In this document: positions 14,801-27,214 of the stretch, in pieces
Layout: the number at the start of each line of letters is the position of its first letter
How positions within the stretch are numbered: position 1 is the first letter of the stretch
Assembly: GCA_951406725.2 (NCBI GenBank)
Contig: OX597824.1
Coordinates: 29,884,001-29,948,000, forward strand
Direction: 5' to 3'
Origin: Octopus vulgaris
Taxonomy: Eukaryota
DNA: 64,000 nt
The notes under the pieces: model-generated
The model's input: the letters and a program-made list of their open reading frames with translations, nothing else
The model's database searches: none
Told to the model about the DNA's origin: nothing
Position numbers and translations under genes: made by a program

Positions 14801-14979
14801 TTGCGTTTTAGTCCACCACGCCATCTGATAACCAGCGTTAGTTTGTTTACGCCATCCTATCTTAACGGTTCGGCAAAAAAAAGAAGCCAATAAAACAAGT
14901 ACTAAACTTTACAAAACAATAATAAATACTGGAGCGATTTGTTCAACTAAACCCTTCAAAGCGTTTCACAAAATAAATT

Positions 14980-15035
<56 letters not shown>

Positions 15036-15864
15036 CACCAGTCTCAGAGACCCTGTAAATTATCTTGGGCGCTGCCCTTCCTCCTTTAATTAAGCTATTT
15101 AAGAAACACAATGCTATTAAACGTTTATAGCCGAGAATCGAAACTGTATAACAAGAACAGCGGTCGCTCGATAGGCTCTGACATCCATTATTCTACACTA
15201 CATTAGCTCATTATATTATTAACATTAATCTTAGTGAAAGCCAGGCTATAAACTACTTGCTATGTGAAAAGACATAACACATAACACTGATAACGAATTG
15301 CTAATTAATTAGAGCTATAATTTCTAATTAGCTGTGGTTTCTATGGAGTAGTCGTGATTCACAATTAAATAATAAATTACACTTAATAATACAGTAAACA
15401 GCAGAATCGGATTTTGCTTAATCGGTGGAAATAAAGCCGATATCTTGAACAAATATTCTGAGAATTTATTTATATTAGTTTCTTCTAACTCAGTACACAA
15501 GAAACTGTGAGATGTTAACCCCAGTTTACGGTATTCGCCATATCGAATTTATACCGCTATAATATTAGATTATTCTTCTTTCCACTTGTGGCTATTTTGA
15601 TATACGAGAATATCATGGCAATGATAAACTTGGATATTATATCGTTGTGTTTCTGCACTCATTTGTCAGTGGTACAGTGCTATGGTACATCGTATTATAG
15701 TATTACAAGTGCATCGTATTATAGTATTACAAGGCAATCGCTTCCTGCTCGGGTCACAATTATGGCATGATACAATGTCACACCCTCGTTTCGTTTGAGC
15801 AGTGGTTCTGACCCATTTTTTATTCGATGTTTAAAAAATCCTATTAAGTAATTATGTTACTGAA

Positions 15865-16448
15865 TATTATTAGTTGTACAATTCTATATTTAAGAGATGA
15901 GGAACTATGTACATTACTTACATTATTTACATTTGATGGATATTTGTCCTCATTTTGTTTGTTGCTAACAACAACAATTCGGCTGATATACCCTCCAGCC
16001 TTCATCGGGTGTCATGGGGAAATTTCGAACCTGTGTTCTCATTCCTAAGGTAGTTTTCGATGTTGAGCTGGCAGAAACGTTAGCACGCCGGGCGAAATGC
16101 GTAGCCGTATTTCGTCTGCCGTTACGTTCTGAGTTTAAATTATTATGGCTTATGGCCATATCACGTTGAAAGCACCGGTTCTCGTCCGATCACCGAAGTT
16201 AAGCAACGTCGAACCTAGTTAGCACTTGGATGAGTGATCGCTTGGGAAACCTAGGTGCTGTAAGCGTCACTAAACGGTGTGGCATCAGCATGGCCGCAGC
16301 TCTGAGTTGAAACTACAGAAAAAAAGAAAAAAATTATTACTATTGTTGTTGTTGTTGTTATTAGTATTATTATTAATATTATTATTCCGGTCACTGCCTG
16401 AATCGAACATGGAATCTTGAGGTTAGTAGCCCGCGCCCTTAACCACTT
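15865..16448 (-). mobile_element. tRNA-headed SINE carrying a degenerate hammerhead motif, interrupted by nested insertions
   Basis: Head 16448-16385 (agtggttaagggcgcgggctactaacc..gttcgattc), (AAT/AAC)n linker, body 16062-15865 with gacac-CcGATGA-a-ggctg..cagcc-GAAt. Confidence 0.55.
16148..16267 (+). pseudogene. 5S rRNA: 5S rRNA-derived sequence (retrocopy or SINE3 head)
   Basis: GCTTATGGCCATATCACGTTGAAAGCACCGGTTCTCGTCCGATCACCGAAGTTAAGCAACGTCG..GGTGCTGTAAGC; full length, terminal stem GCTTAT/GTAAGC, no T-run terminator. Confidence 0.9.
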
Positions 16449-16779
16449 AATGTAAATAATATAAATGATATTATTAGTCGTATTTTTAAAAATTGTTAAA
16501 ACACAATTGTATTGAAAAGTATAAGCAATTTATTGCTCATAAATTTTAACAAAAAGCCTTATATAGACCCACAAGGGCTAAATGGACCCATGTAGACAAC
16601 CACTGCGTCAGTGTGGCAGTATTGTAACAGTGCAATGTCGTTGGTTAGTTGTATGATACTTTAGTGTCACTGGTCAGTGGTGTAACATTGTGATGCCACT
16701 GATTAGTTACGTAACAAGGTCTAATTACTGATCATTGTTATGTTACATAGACATAACACTATTTGGTTGTATTAATTAT

Positions 16780-17345
16780 TTGTTCAAATTCCGCCGAGGT
16801 CGACTTTGCCTTTCATCCTTTCGGGGTCGATAAATTAAGTACCAGTTACGCACTGGGGTTGATGTAATTGACGTAATCCGTTTGTCTGTCCTTGTTTGTT
16901 CTCTCTGTGTTTAGTCCCTTGTGGGTAGTAATGAAATAAGTATTTCGTCAGTCTTTACGTTCTGAGCTCAAATTCCGCTGAGGTCGACTTTGCTTTTCAT
17001 CCTTTCGGGGTCGATTAAATAAGTACCAATTACGCACTGAGTCGATGTAAATGACTTAATCTTTTTGTCTGTCCTTGTTCGTAACCTCTGTGTTCAGTCC
17101 CTTGTAGGCAATAAAGAAATAAATATTGAGGCAGTGAGCTTGCAGGAACGTTAGCAGAAACGTTAGCACACCAAGGGGGCGAGCTGACAGAAACGTTAGC
17201 ACGCCGGGCGAAATGCTTAGCGGTATTTCGTCTGCCGTTACGTTCTGGGTTCAAATTTCGCCGAGGTTGACTTTGCTTTCATCCTTTCGAGGTCGATTAA
17301 ATAAGTACCAGTTACGCACTGGGGTCGATATAATCGACTTAATCA
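16780..17345 (+). mobile_element. Head-to-tail cluster of SINE family C (Meta-domain-like)
   Basis: Three repeats of gttcaaattccgccgaggtcgactttgcctttcatcctttcggggtcgataaattaagtaccag. Confidence 0.85.
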
Positions 17346-17354
17346 TGTACTTTT

Positions 17355-17665
17355 TTTTTAAAGTTTGGTATTTAATCCATCGGTCTATTTTAGCGAATTG
17401 CTACATCACGGATATATGAACAAACTAACGCTGGTTACCAAGAGGTGGTGGGAGAACAAACCCAAACACAGACACATGCACGTATACTTACATAGATTTA
17501 TACGACGGGCTTCCGCACAGTTTCCGTCTACCAAATTTACTCACAGTCATTGGTCGACCTGGGGCTATAGTAGAAAACAACTTTCCTAAAACACTATACA
17601 GTGAGAGTGAACCCAAAACAACGGGGTTACAAAGCAAGCTTCTTAACTAATACACACCCATGCCC
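17355..17665 (-). mobile_element. Diverged SINE family B copy
   Basis: Reverse-complement similarity to 3015-3440. Confidence 0.7.
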
Positions 17666-17999
17666 GAAATCTTATTCCATTGGCTGTGACAACAAAATAA
17701 TATGGAACTTCATAAGGAAGTTGGTTTCAAATTTGGCACAAGACCAGCAATTCCGTTAGCTGAGGTAAGTCGATTACATCGACCCCAGTGCTTGACTGGT
17801 GTATCAATGCAACTCTGAATTTTGATTACGATCAACCAATTACTTTATCCTCGTAAATTAAAGACAAAATCGACCTCGATTTGAATTTGAACTCGGAACA
17901 TAATGACGGACGAAATACCGCTAAGCATTTTACTCGGCACGGCAACGATTCAGCCAACTCGCCGCTTTAAAATCATAAATAATATTAAAGACTTGAAAG

Positions 18000-18940
18000 A
18001 AGGCGATGAGCTGGCAGAAACCTTAGCACGCCGGACGAAAAGCTTAGTGATATTTCGTCTGTCGTTACCTTCTGAGTTCAAATTCCGCCGAGGTCGACTT
18101 TGCCTTTCATCCTATCGGGGTCGATAAATTAAGTACCAGTTGAGGACTGGGGTTGATGTAATCTACTTAATCCGTTTGTCCTCTCTGTGTTTAGCCCCTT
18201 GTAGGTAGTAAAGAAATAGGTATTTCGTCTGCCGTTATGTTCTGAGATCAAATTCCACCGAGGTCGATTTTGCCTTTCATCCTTTCGGGGTCGATAAATT
18301 AAGTACCAGTTACACACTGGGTCGATGTAATCAACTTAATCCCTTTGTCTGTCCTTGTTTGCCCCCTCTATGTTTAGCCCCTTGTGGGCAATGAAGAAAT
18401 AAATATTGAGGCGGTGAGCTAACAGAAACGTTAGCACGCCGGGTGAAATGCATAGCGGTATTTCGTCTGCCGTTACGTTCTGGGTTCAAATTCCGGTGAG
18501 GTCGACTTGGCCTTTCATCCTTTCGGGGTCGATAAATTAAGTACCAGTTGTATATTGTTGTCAACCTAATCGACTGGCTCCCTCCCACAAAATTTCGGGC
18601 CTTGTACCTAGAGTAGAAAAGAGTCGTTAGCACACTGGGCAAAATGCTTAGGGGCATTTCGTCCGTCTCCACGTTCTGAGTTGAAATTCCGTCGAGGTCG
18701 ACACGGCCTGTCATCGGATCTAGTCTTTCTCATTCGCAAAATGAGCCCCACCTTAATTTTGCTGATTGCTTTCAGATTTTTTTACTGTCATTTAAAAAAT
18801 GCATATTTTGCGAATGAAAAAAACTATATCCGTAATCATTTCAGGGTCGATAAAATAAGTACCAGTTGAGGACTGGGGTCAATGTAATCGACATAATCTC
18901 TCTCCCGAAATTGCTGGCCTTGTTGCCAAAATTTGACAAC
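18000..18940 (+). mobile_element. Second tandem cluster of SINE family C
   Basis: Four or more consecutive copies or partial copies of the family C core. Confidence 0.85.
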
Positions 18941-19835
18941 CAACGCTGTGTTAAAGGACTGAAAACAAAGAGATCTTGAATCGAAATTTATCGTTACTAT
19001 GTGGATTGAGGTTTGGAGGATTTTTCAAGGGTTTTATTTTAATTTTTCTGTGTGTTAGTATATTAAATATTTTTCTGTGCTTCTGTGTATGAGTATTTTT
19101 CTGTGCTCCTTTCTGTATGTTAGTATGTTTATATGTATATTTTATTTCATATATTTTTGGGACTCATTAACTCAGATAGCCGTATTTAGGATTTCACTAG
19201 GTTAATTCTGTGCATAAAAATTTAAATTAGGAGTATTTCTTAAACCGTTAGCTTCACATTTCAACAGCTTAACTGAAATTTAGCCCACATAAAAGAAATA
19301 AAAGAAACAGTAAGATGATACGTGTTGATTTTATTAGGTGTTTCTGTTTATTTAGAAACCTACAGTGAACAGGTCAAACGCTAAACTCTAAATTTCACAG
19401 GGTACATCCTTAAAGTTGACACCGCTCCGCTAAACGCGGGAAATTTCTGTCACGCTATTGGCTAAAAATATACGGTTTTTCAATATTTAAACCACTGTAA
19501 CTTTTTTCTCCACAACATCATACCTTCAAAGCAATGAGACTGGAAGGCTACATTATTATAGCCGATTTTCAGATTTTTTTTACTGTCATTTAAAAAATGC
19601 ATATTTTGCGAATGAAAAAAACTATATTCGTAATCATTTCAGGGTCGATAAAATAAGTACCAGTTGAGGACTGGGGTCAATGTAATCGACATAATCTCTC
19701 TCCCGAAATTGCTGGCGTTGTGCCAAAATTTGAAACCAATATTAAAGGACTGAAAACAAAGAGATCTTGAATCGAAATTTATCGTTACTATGTGGATTGA
19801 GGTTTGGAGGATTTTTAAGGGTTTTATTCTTATTT
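18770..19835 (+). repeat. ~270-bp direct duplication (18770-19045 / 19567-19835)
   Basis: Near-identical sequence tttcagattttttactgtcattt..gaggtttggaggatttt in both positions. Confidence 0.85.
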
Positions 19836-20100
19836 TTTAAAATTTTAATAAAAGACTAAAAAAAAGCTACAGCCCAATGTCAGTGGAATCTCGTGGAGCC
19901 TTATCGGAAGTATTTTACAAAGACGTTATAAGACAAACGAACATAAGTGACATAACTAATTATGCTCTCAAAACTCAACATTATCACCACCCAGCAGGCT
20001 GTTTCTTCTCCCCTGCTGTTATATTTCTCATCAGCATCCAAGACATAGGACTTGAAAACTGTGTTAATTGTCACAGGCCAATTCAGCTGAGAATCTTGAT

Positions 20101-20177
20101 GGAAGAAGAAGAAGAAGAAGAAGAAGAAGAAGAAGAAGAAGAAGAAGAAGAAGAAGAAGAAGAAGAAGAAGAAGAAG

Positions 20178-20209
<32 letters not shown>

Positions 20210-20369
20210 TTTTGCCCGTCGCAACGTTCTGAGTTCAAATTCTGTCGAGGCCGACTTTGCCTTTCATCCGTAAGGGCTCGATAAAATAGGTACCAGTTCA
20301 ACATTGGAGTCGATGCAATCGACTTATCCCCTCATCCAAAATTGCTGCCATCGTGGCAAAATTTGAAAC

Positions 20370-20453
<84 letters not shown>

Positions 20454-20547
20454 GGAGAGGGTTTTACATGTAAAACACTGGAAAGGGAAGAAGAAAAAAC
20501 AAACAGGAATAAAGTAGTAAGGATGACGATGAGGGGGAGGAAGACGG

Positions 20548-20620
<73 letters not shown>

Positions 20621-20878
20621 CCTTTCTGTTATAGGCACGAGACATGAAATTTGGGGGGAGGGAAACTAGTCGATTACATCGGCCCCAGAATTTCATTGGT
20701 ACTTAATTTATCGACCCCGAAAGGGTAAAAGGCAAAGTCGGGCGAAATACGGCTAAGCATTTCAACCAGCGTGCCACCTCACCGCCTGGAGGAGAAGAAG
20801 AAGAAGAAGAAGAAGAAGAAGAAGAAGAAGAAGAAGAAGAAGAAGAAGAAGAAGAAGAAGAAGAAGAAGAAGAAGAAG

Positions 20879-20910
<32 letters not shown>

Positions 20911-21070
20911 TTTTGCCCGTCGCAACGTTCTGAGTTCAAATTCTGTCGAGGCCGACTTTGCCTTTCATCCGTAAGGGCTCGATAAAATAGGTACCAGTTC
21001 AACATTGGAGTCGATGCAATCGACTTATCCCCTCATCCAAAATTGCTGCCATCGTGGCAAAATTTGAAAC

Positions 21071-21135
<65 letters not shown>
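20101..21135 (+). repeat. Duplicated (GAA)n + SINE C fragment + (TTA)n module
   Basis: 20206-20371 appears identical to 20907-21072, with the same flanking microsatellites. Confidence 0.85.
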
Positions 21136-21136
<1 letters not shown>

Positions 21137-21150
21137 CATCATCATCATCA

Positions 21151-21234
<84 letters not shown>

Positions 21235-21265
21235 TATTATTATTATTATTATCATTATTATTATT

Positions 21266-21735
21266 GAGTGAGAGAGCAGAGCATGCCATCAGAGTGACAC
21301 TGGGGTAAATATACAAAGCCCACAATACCCATCATGACTACCCGTCTGATAAGGGTACACCAGGCACATGCATCACAACCATGTGTGTGCGACATGGTAA
21401 TCTCATATCAAGATAAACAGCACATGACTTTGCAAGTGGGGCCCAGTTAGAATTTCTTTCAGGTTGAGTAGCCCATCCCGCTCAAAAGGTCCCTGAATAA
21501 GGGTTGTTTAAGGATGTTGAACAAAATACTCAGGATTCCAGAGGTGCAATTATTGAAACTCCAAACAATCCCTCTCAACACATGGCTATGATGCTCCCCT
21601 ACTACTTCTGCTCGGGATCAGAGAGCACATATCGTCAGCCATTAAGGGGCATGCTCAACGAATTAAAGTCAAACAACTGACAAGCAAATCTGTGGTATTG
21701 AGCAGAATATTTGCTGTAGCCCATCTTTTATACCA
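21266..21735 (-). mobile_element. Non-coding (TAA)n-embedded retroelement, truncated copy
   Basis: Homologous to 51363-51835; flanked on both sides by TTA-type tracts. Confidence 0.75.
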
Positions 21736-21754
21736 TATTATTATTATTATTATT

Positions 21755-21838
<84 letters not shown>

Positions 21839-22186
21839 ATTATTATTATTATTATTAATATTATTATAGACTGTAGTTTGTATTTACTCATGGTATATTA
21901 TCGGCAACAATATAAGGTTATATACAGTGTAGCTCCGAAATGTATATACAGTATATACGAGTTTGAATGTGCGTACGCACGTGCATACATGTACGTACTT
22001 ATGTACGCGTACTAATGTCCATTTTTTCCGTCGTTGATTTATATGCCCCAATATTAGACTATGTTCTATAGTTAATTTATGGTGAAACTTATAATTATTC
22101 TTACAAAATAATTGTAATAATCATAATTCTTACAAAATATACATATACGTATTAATATTTTTATTTTTATTTTTTATTTTTTTTAT

Positions 22187-22573
22187 TTTACTTGTTTCAG
22201 TCATTTGACTGCGGCCATGCTGGAGCACCGCCTTTAATCGAGCAAATCGACCCCGGGACTTATTCTTTGTAAGCCCAGTACTTATTCTATCGGTCTCTTT
22301 TTGCCGAACCGCTAAGTGACGGGGACGTAAACACACCAGCATCGGTTGTCAAGCAATGCTAGGGGGACAAACACAGACACTCAAACATACACACATATAT
22401 ATATATATATATACATATATACGACAGGCTTCTTTCAGTTTCCGTCTACCAAATCCACTCACAAGGCATTGGTCGGCCCGAGGCTATAGTAGAAGACACT
22501 TGCCCAAGATGCCACGCAGTGGGACTGAACCCGGAAGCATGAGTTTGGTTAGCAAGCTACTTACCACACAGCC
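22187..22573 (-). mobile_element. SINE family B
   Basis: Near full-length reverse-complement copy. Confidence 0.9.
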
Positions 22574-25147
22574 ACGTGCGTATGTACATAAGGGAACGAG
22601 AAAGAGAGACATCTTGTGTGTGTGTGAGAGAGAGAGAGCAGACTAATGAAATGTAAACTAAAGAAAGATGAAAAATACTTATTATAGCTATAGATTTCCC
22701 CGTACGAGAAAATTTATCGACAAACAAGTGGTTAACGTATTTAACAATTTAATTATAAATCGTGTGTACAAAGAAGCTGCAGGTTTTTGACGTTCAGACA
22801 TCAAGCTACGGATATCCAGGCCAAACTTTAACTGCATCAAATTCACAAGTCTTTTTTGTTTTGTTCATTCAGTTTTCTTTTCAGTAAAATATGAAAAGGT
22901 CTTCGTGAGTAAGAGGCTTTAATCATTCGACTGATTTGGTTTATAGAAAGCAGAAAATAAAACCAAATTGCTGTTGTTTGCGAGGGTGGAGGAGTTGTGG
23001 AAATGTTGGCAGTGGGGTGTTTGTGGTGGTGGTAGTGGTGGTGGTGGTGGTGGTGGTGGTGGTGGTGGTGGTGGTGGTGGTGGTGGTGGTGGTGGTGGTG
23101 GTGGTGGTGGTGGTGGTTTTGATTGTGGTTAATCTAACACAGTCCTTATCGATATTCCAGTCGTGACCATCCAACGTCATGTATTTTGCGTCTAGAACTA
23201 CATTACTTTTTCTTAAGACATGAAGGTAAGATTTTGAAGAAACTTGACTCTTATTTCTAACATAAAAAGATGTCGTAGCAGTGACCAACCCGTTATGCTT
23301 TATTTTTCTAACTATTTCGAACATTACATTACCCAAATTGTCCTTCATTTAGGCGGTATAGAGTGGCAGTTACTTCTAGCAGATCAAAACACCGAGTAGA
23401 GATGCTCTACAGGAATGTAGAAAATAAAAATGAAAATAGAGTGTCTTGGGTGTATATTATATTGATTTCAATTTTTGCCACAAGGTCAGCAATTTTGAGA
23501 AAATGAGTAAGTCAATTACATCGACCCAAGTACTCAACTGGTACTTATTTTACCGGCTCCGAAATGATGAAAGGTAAAGTCATCCTAAGCGAAATTTGAG
23601 CTCAGAACGTAAAGTCGAACGAAATGCCGCTAAGCCTTTTGTCCAGAGTTATAACAACTCTGCCTTAGCCCAGGGATAATATATCAGAACATGTTTATTG
23701 TGTGTCAGATGGGGGAGTGTGAGGTCAACATGTTGGCAAGGTCCATGAAGTTTTGACGAAAATTCGTTCAAAGGTGACACCGATAGAAAGGCACAAGTGA
23801 AACGTTGGATGAACTAGCTAACGTGGCACACTCCACTGATCGATGGTCCTACTGAAAATAGCAGTCATGTAACTTCCAAAAGAAATTGTATCACCTTCCA
23901 AAGGAACGACATACAAGCCAAACCTAGTCCTTTGTATATAATTAAAAAAAATGAGGTGGTCAAACTTGGAACGCTTTTATCATAGATTTTCTTAATGACA
24001 TCTGATATGGGGCGAAACAATAACAACGTTGGATAGAAAACTGTTGCTTGTACATAGTTTTCAAATTAATGAGCTCATTTTCGGTGTTTATCCAAGGATT
24101 GGAGGTGAGGGGTATGCTGTTTTTATGCTTCATTGATGTTTTTAGGGGTTAAATTTTTTGTTTTTTACAAACAAGAATATATGAAATGAGAGGGTTTTCG
24201 GATTCCCCCCTGGAGTGGATATAGGTGAATGTGGACATAAGGATAGATAAGAACAGCTGGCAGTTCTTTTAAAGTACCGTATCGTAGGTTGTTAATTGGG
24301 CGCAATATGTGAACCGGAAGGGTGTTCCTGAGCATCGTGGTCTGGAAAGTTGTGTATTTGTGGTTGTGGTGGTGGTAGAGGTGTGGGAGAGGGATCGAAA
24401 AAGGGTGTGAAGAGAAAGACCTTATTTGCTTGTGTTTTGGGAACGTGTGTATGGAAAGAGAGAGGGAGTGAGTGAATGATGGGAACGAAGAAAAACAGAT
24501 GTGCTAATGTACTACGATTAAGCTTAAAGTTGTGCTACCGTATCAAATAAAGGGCGGTCGATTGACAGAATATCTTAGGTGTTGGAGTGCCTTGTAGTAA
24601 CTGCTCCGACTCTTCCTTTTCTGAGTTCAAATCTCGCCACGGTTATCTATAGTCTTTCATCCCCTGGGATAGAAAATTAAAATACCAGTCAAATGCTAGT
24701 GCCTTTTCTTTTTCTTTCATTCTTTCTGTCTCTCTCTCCTTACCTCTCTGTCATTCTCTCGCTCTCTCTCTCCACTCTCTCTTTTCTCTCTCTCTTTCTC
24801 CCCTCTCTCACCCCCCTCCTTCTTTCCCCCTGCTCTTTCACAGACATTATCTCTTTCCTACACAGGCAGACATACGCTCTCACTATATCTCTTCCTCTCT
24901 CCCTCTCCCTCTCAGAATCGACTACGGCGCAATAAATTGGTTGGAACCATCCACTGTATCTAGTTCCTCCAAGACACGAAGGAAACTGGGGCAAGGGTTT
25001 AAAAGTATGTTGTTTAAAAATAACTGTCCAAAGAAACGAGAAAATATAGAGAGTGGACAGAGATATAAACTTTACAGCACACAGCGGTGAAGAAATAGAA
25101 ATAGTTTATATATAATCAATAATTAATCTTGAATTCTATTTGATATA

Positions 25148-26326
25148 TTGGATTGAGGAATAATTAACGAGCGGTTTTTTTGGGGGGAGGGGGGGTCAAA
25201 TTTAAAAATGCTCGCAGAATTAAAAAGCATTGGTAAAATGTTTGATGTTATTTGAATGAGAATTTTTTTCTCTACAAGTTAATGTGTCATTTGATTTTAT
25301 TCATTTTTGTGTATTTTCAGATCATTAAAATGGAATGTCATGTGGACAAAACTGAGCATTTTCGACACCATTTCCTTTTGGCATTTAATTGAGGTGTCAA
25401 GCTTGCTGAACCTACTCCTGATATTTGTGCTGTGTATCGACGAGGAGCAATGCCTCAAAATACCTATTTCTTTACTAGCCACAAGGGGCTACACACAGAG
25501 AGGACAAACAAGGACAGACAAACGGATTAAGTCGATAATATTGACCCCAGTGCGTAACTGGTACTTATTTAATCGACCCCGAAAGGAAGAAAGGCGAAGT
25601 CGGCCTCGGCAGAATTTGAACTCAGAACGTAGCGGCAGACGAAATACTGCGAAGCATTTCGCCCGGCTTGCTAACGTTTCTGCCAGCTTGCCGCCTTGCA
25701 ATGCCTCAAAATACCGCCCGCCGTTGACTTTTGCGCTTCCAAAATGAAAATTCTGACCTCAGAGATGAATCACACACCGGTCAACCAATTGAGTTCGATG
25801 AAGAGGGATTGAATCAACTTCTTCACGAAAATCCAAGTCTGGCCGTTTGGCCAGAGAATTGGCGGAGCAGATGGACTGTGATAAAAAAAAAACTGTGGGA
25901 AACCACCTTCACTCAGTGGGCAAGGTTCATCGAACTCAGTTGGTCGACCGGTGTATGATCCGTCCTTGAGGTCAAAATCCCTATTTTTGAAGCGCGAAAA
26001 CCAACAGCGGTTGGTACTTCGAGGTATTGCTCCTTCTCCATACACAGCACAAATCTCACGAGTAGTTTCGACGAGCTTAGCACCTCGATTAAATGCAAAA
26101 GGCAAATGGTGTGGAAAATGCTCAGTTTTGTCCATGTGACGTTCTATTTTAATGATCAGAAAATACACAAAAATAAATGAAAATAAAAAATCAAAACGCA
26201 CTATCTTGTAGAGCAAAAAATTCTCTTTCAGATAACGTAAAACATTTTACCAAAGCATTTTATTTCTGCGTGCATTTTTAAATTTGAAAAAGAAAAAAAA
26301 GCTCATGAATTATTCCTCCAAATACC
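25148..26326. mobile_element. mariner relic made of two inverted 5' halves
   Basis: Minus-strand MDKTEHFPHHLPFAFNRG..TREICAVYGEGA..WFSRFK..GRPTEFDE; homologous plus-strand start at ~25340; ends 25148-25330 and 26140-26326 are inverted homologues. Confidence 0.8.
25465..25697 (-). mobile_element. Full-length SINE family C with target-site duplication
   Basis: Direct repeat gcaatgcctcaaaatacc at 25447-25464 and 25698-25715. Confidence 0.92.
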
Positions 26327-27214
26327 TATGTATGTAGGTATTAATATTTATCTCTGTCCGTCTGTTTCACTATCTATCTGTCTATCTATCTACACAATGT
26401 GTGTGTGTATGTGTGGGTGTGTGTGGGTGTGTGAAGGGAATCTCAAATGCAAGAGAAAAACAGTAAAAACAGCTTTTAGAAAATCGAGTAAAACGGAAAA
26501 AAGTGGCCAGAGGCTATAGTAGAAGACATTTACCCAAGGTGCCACGCAGTGGGACTGAACCCGGGACCATGTGGTTGGGAAGCAAGCTTCTTACCACACA
26601 GCCATGCCATATGTATATTTCTTTAGTACTTTATTTGATCGATCTTGGAGGGATCAAAAAGCAAAGCTAACCGAGTTGAGATTTGAATTCAGATTGTAAA
26701 TAGTCTTGAGAAATACTGGATGGTCTTTTGTTCGGCGCTCAAATGGTTCTGCGATTTTACTGTCCTATCAAACTTTAAATTATTTCAAGAATTATCTCAG
26801 CTATATAACTCAGAATAGACACTGGCATGCATTTGAAAAACATAGACAGTTCGAGGTATATTAAATACCATACAAGATAAATCTGTGGTTTATTAAATTT
26901 ATCTCCACCTCCAGAGAATGTGTCATAGATTACCTCATGGCAATTAAGAGCAGTTCCATGCTAAGGTAATTTCAAGAGTTAAAAATTCTCCAGAGTTAAT
27001 CATTCCAGCAAAAAAAAAGGGGGGACCGCTTACTGTCTTGAGGTAAGAGTCCTGTCATGGACACGTGTTTCTGACAAAAATGCCGTCATCGGCACAACAC
27101 TTGCCCAATCTTTTCGTGACAAAGAATCCTCTAACAACAAACCAATACTTTCCCTTGGTGGCATGAGACTTATGATTATCTCCTTTTCACCTGTGGATTT
27201 GGTTTTAATTATCA

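Noticed and set aside
16148-16267. Functional 5S rRNA gene
   Set aside because: Single dispersed copy, no oligo-T terminator, apparent substitutions in the internal promoter region, retroposon-like tail
16780-18940. CRISPR-like repeat array
   Set aside because: Units are long diverged SINE copies without unique fixed-length spacers; eukaryotic context, no cas genes
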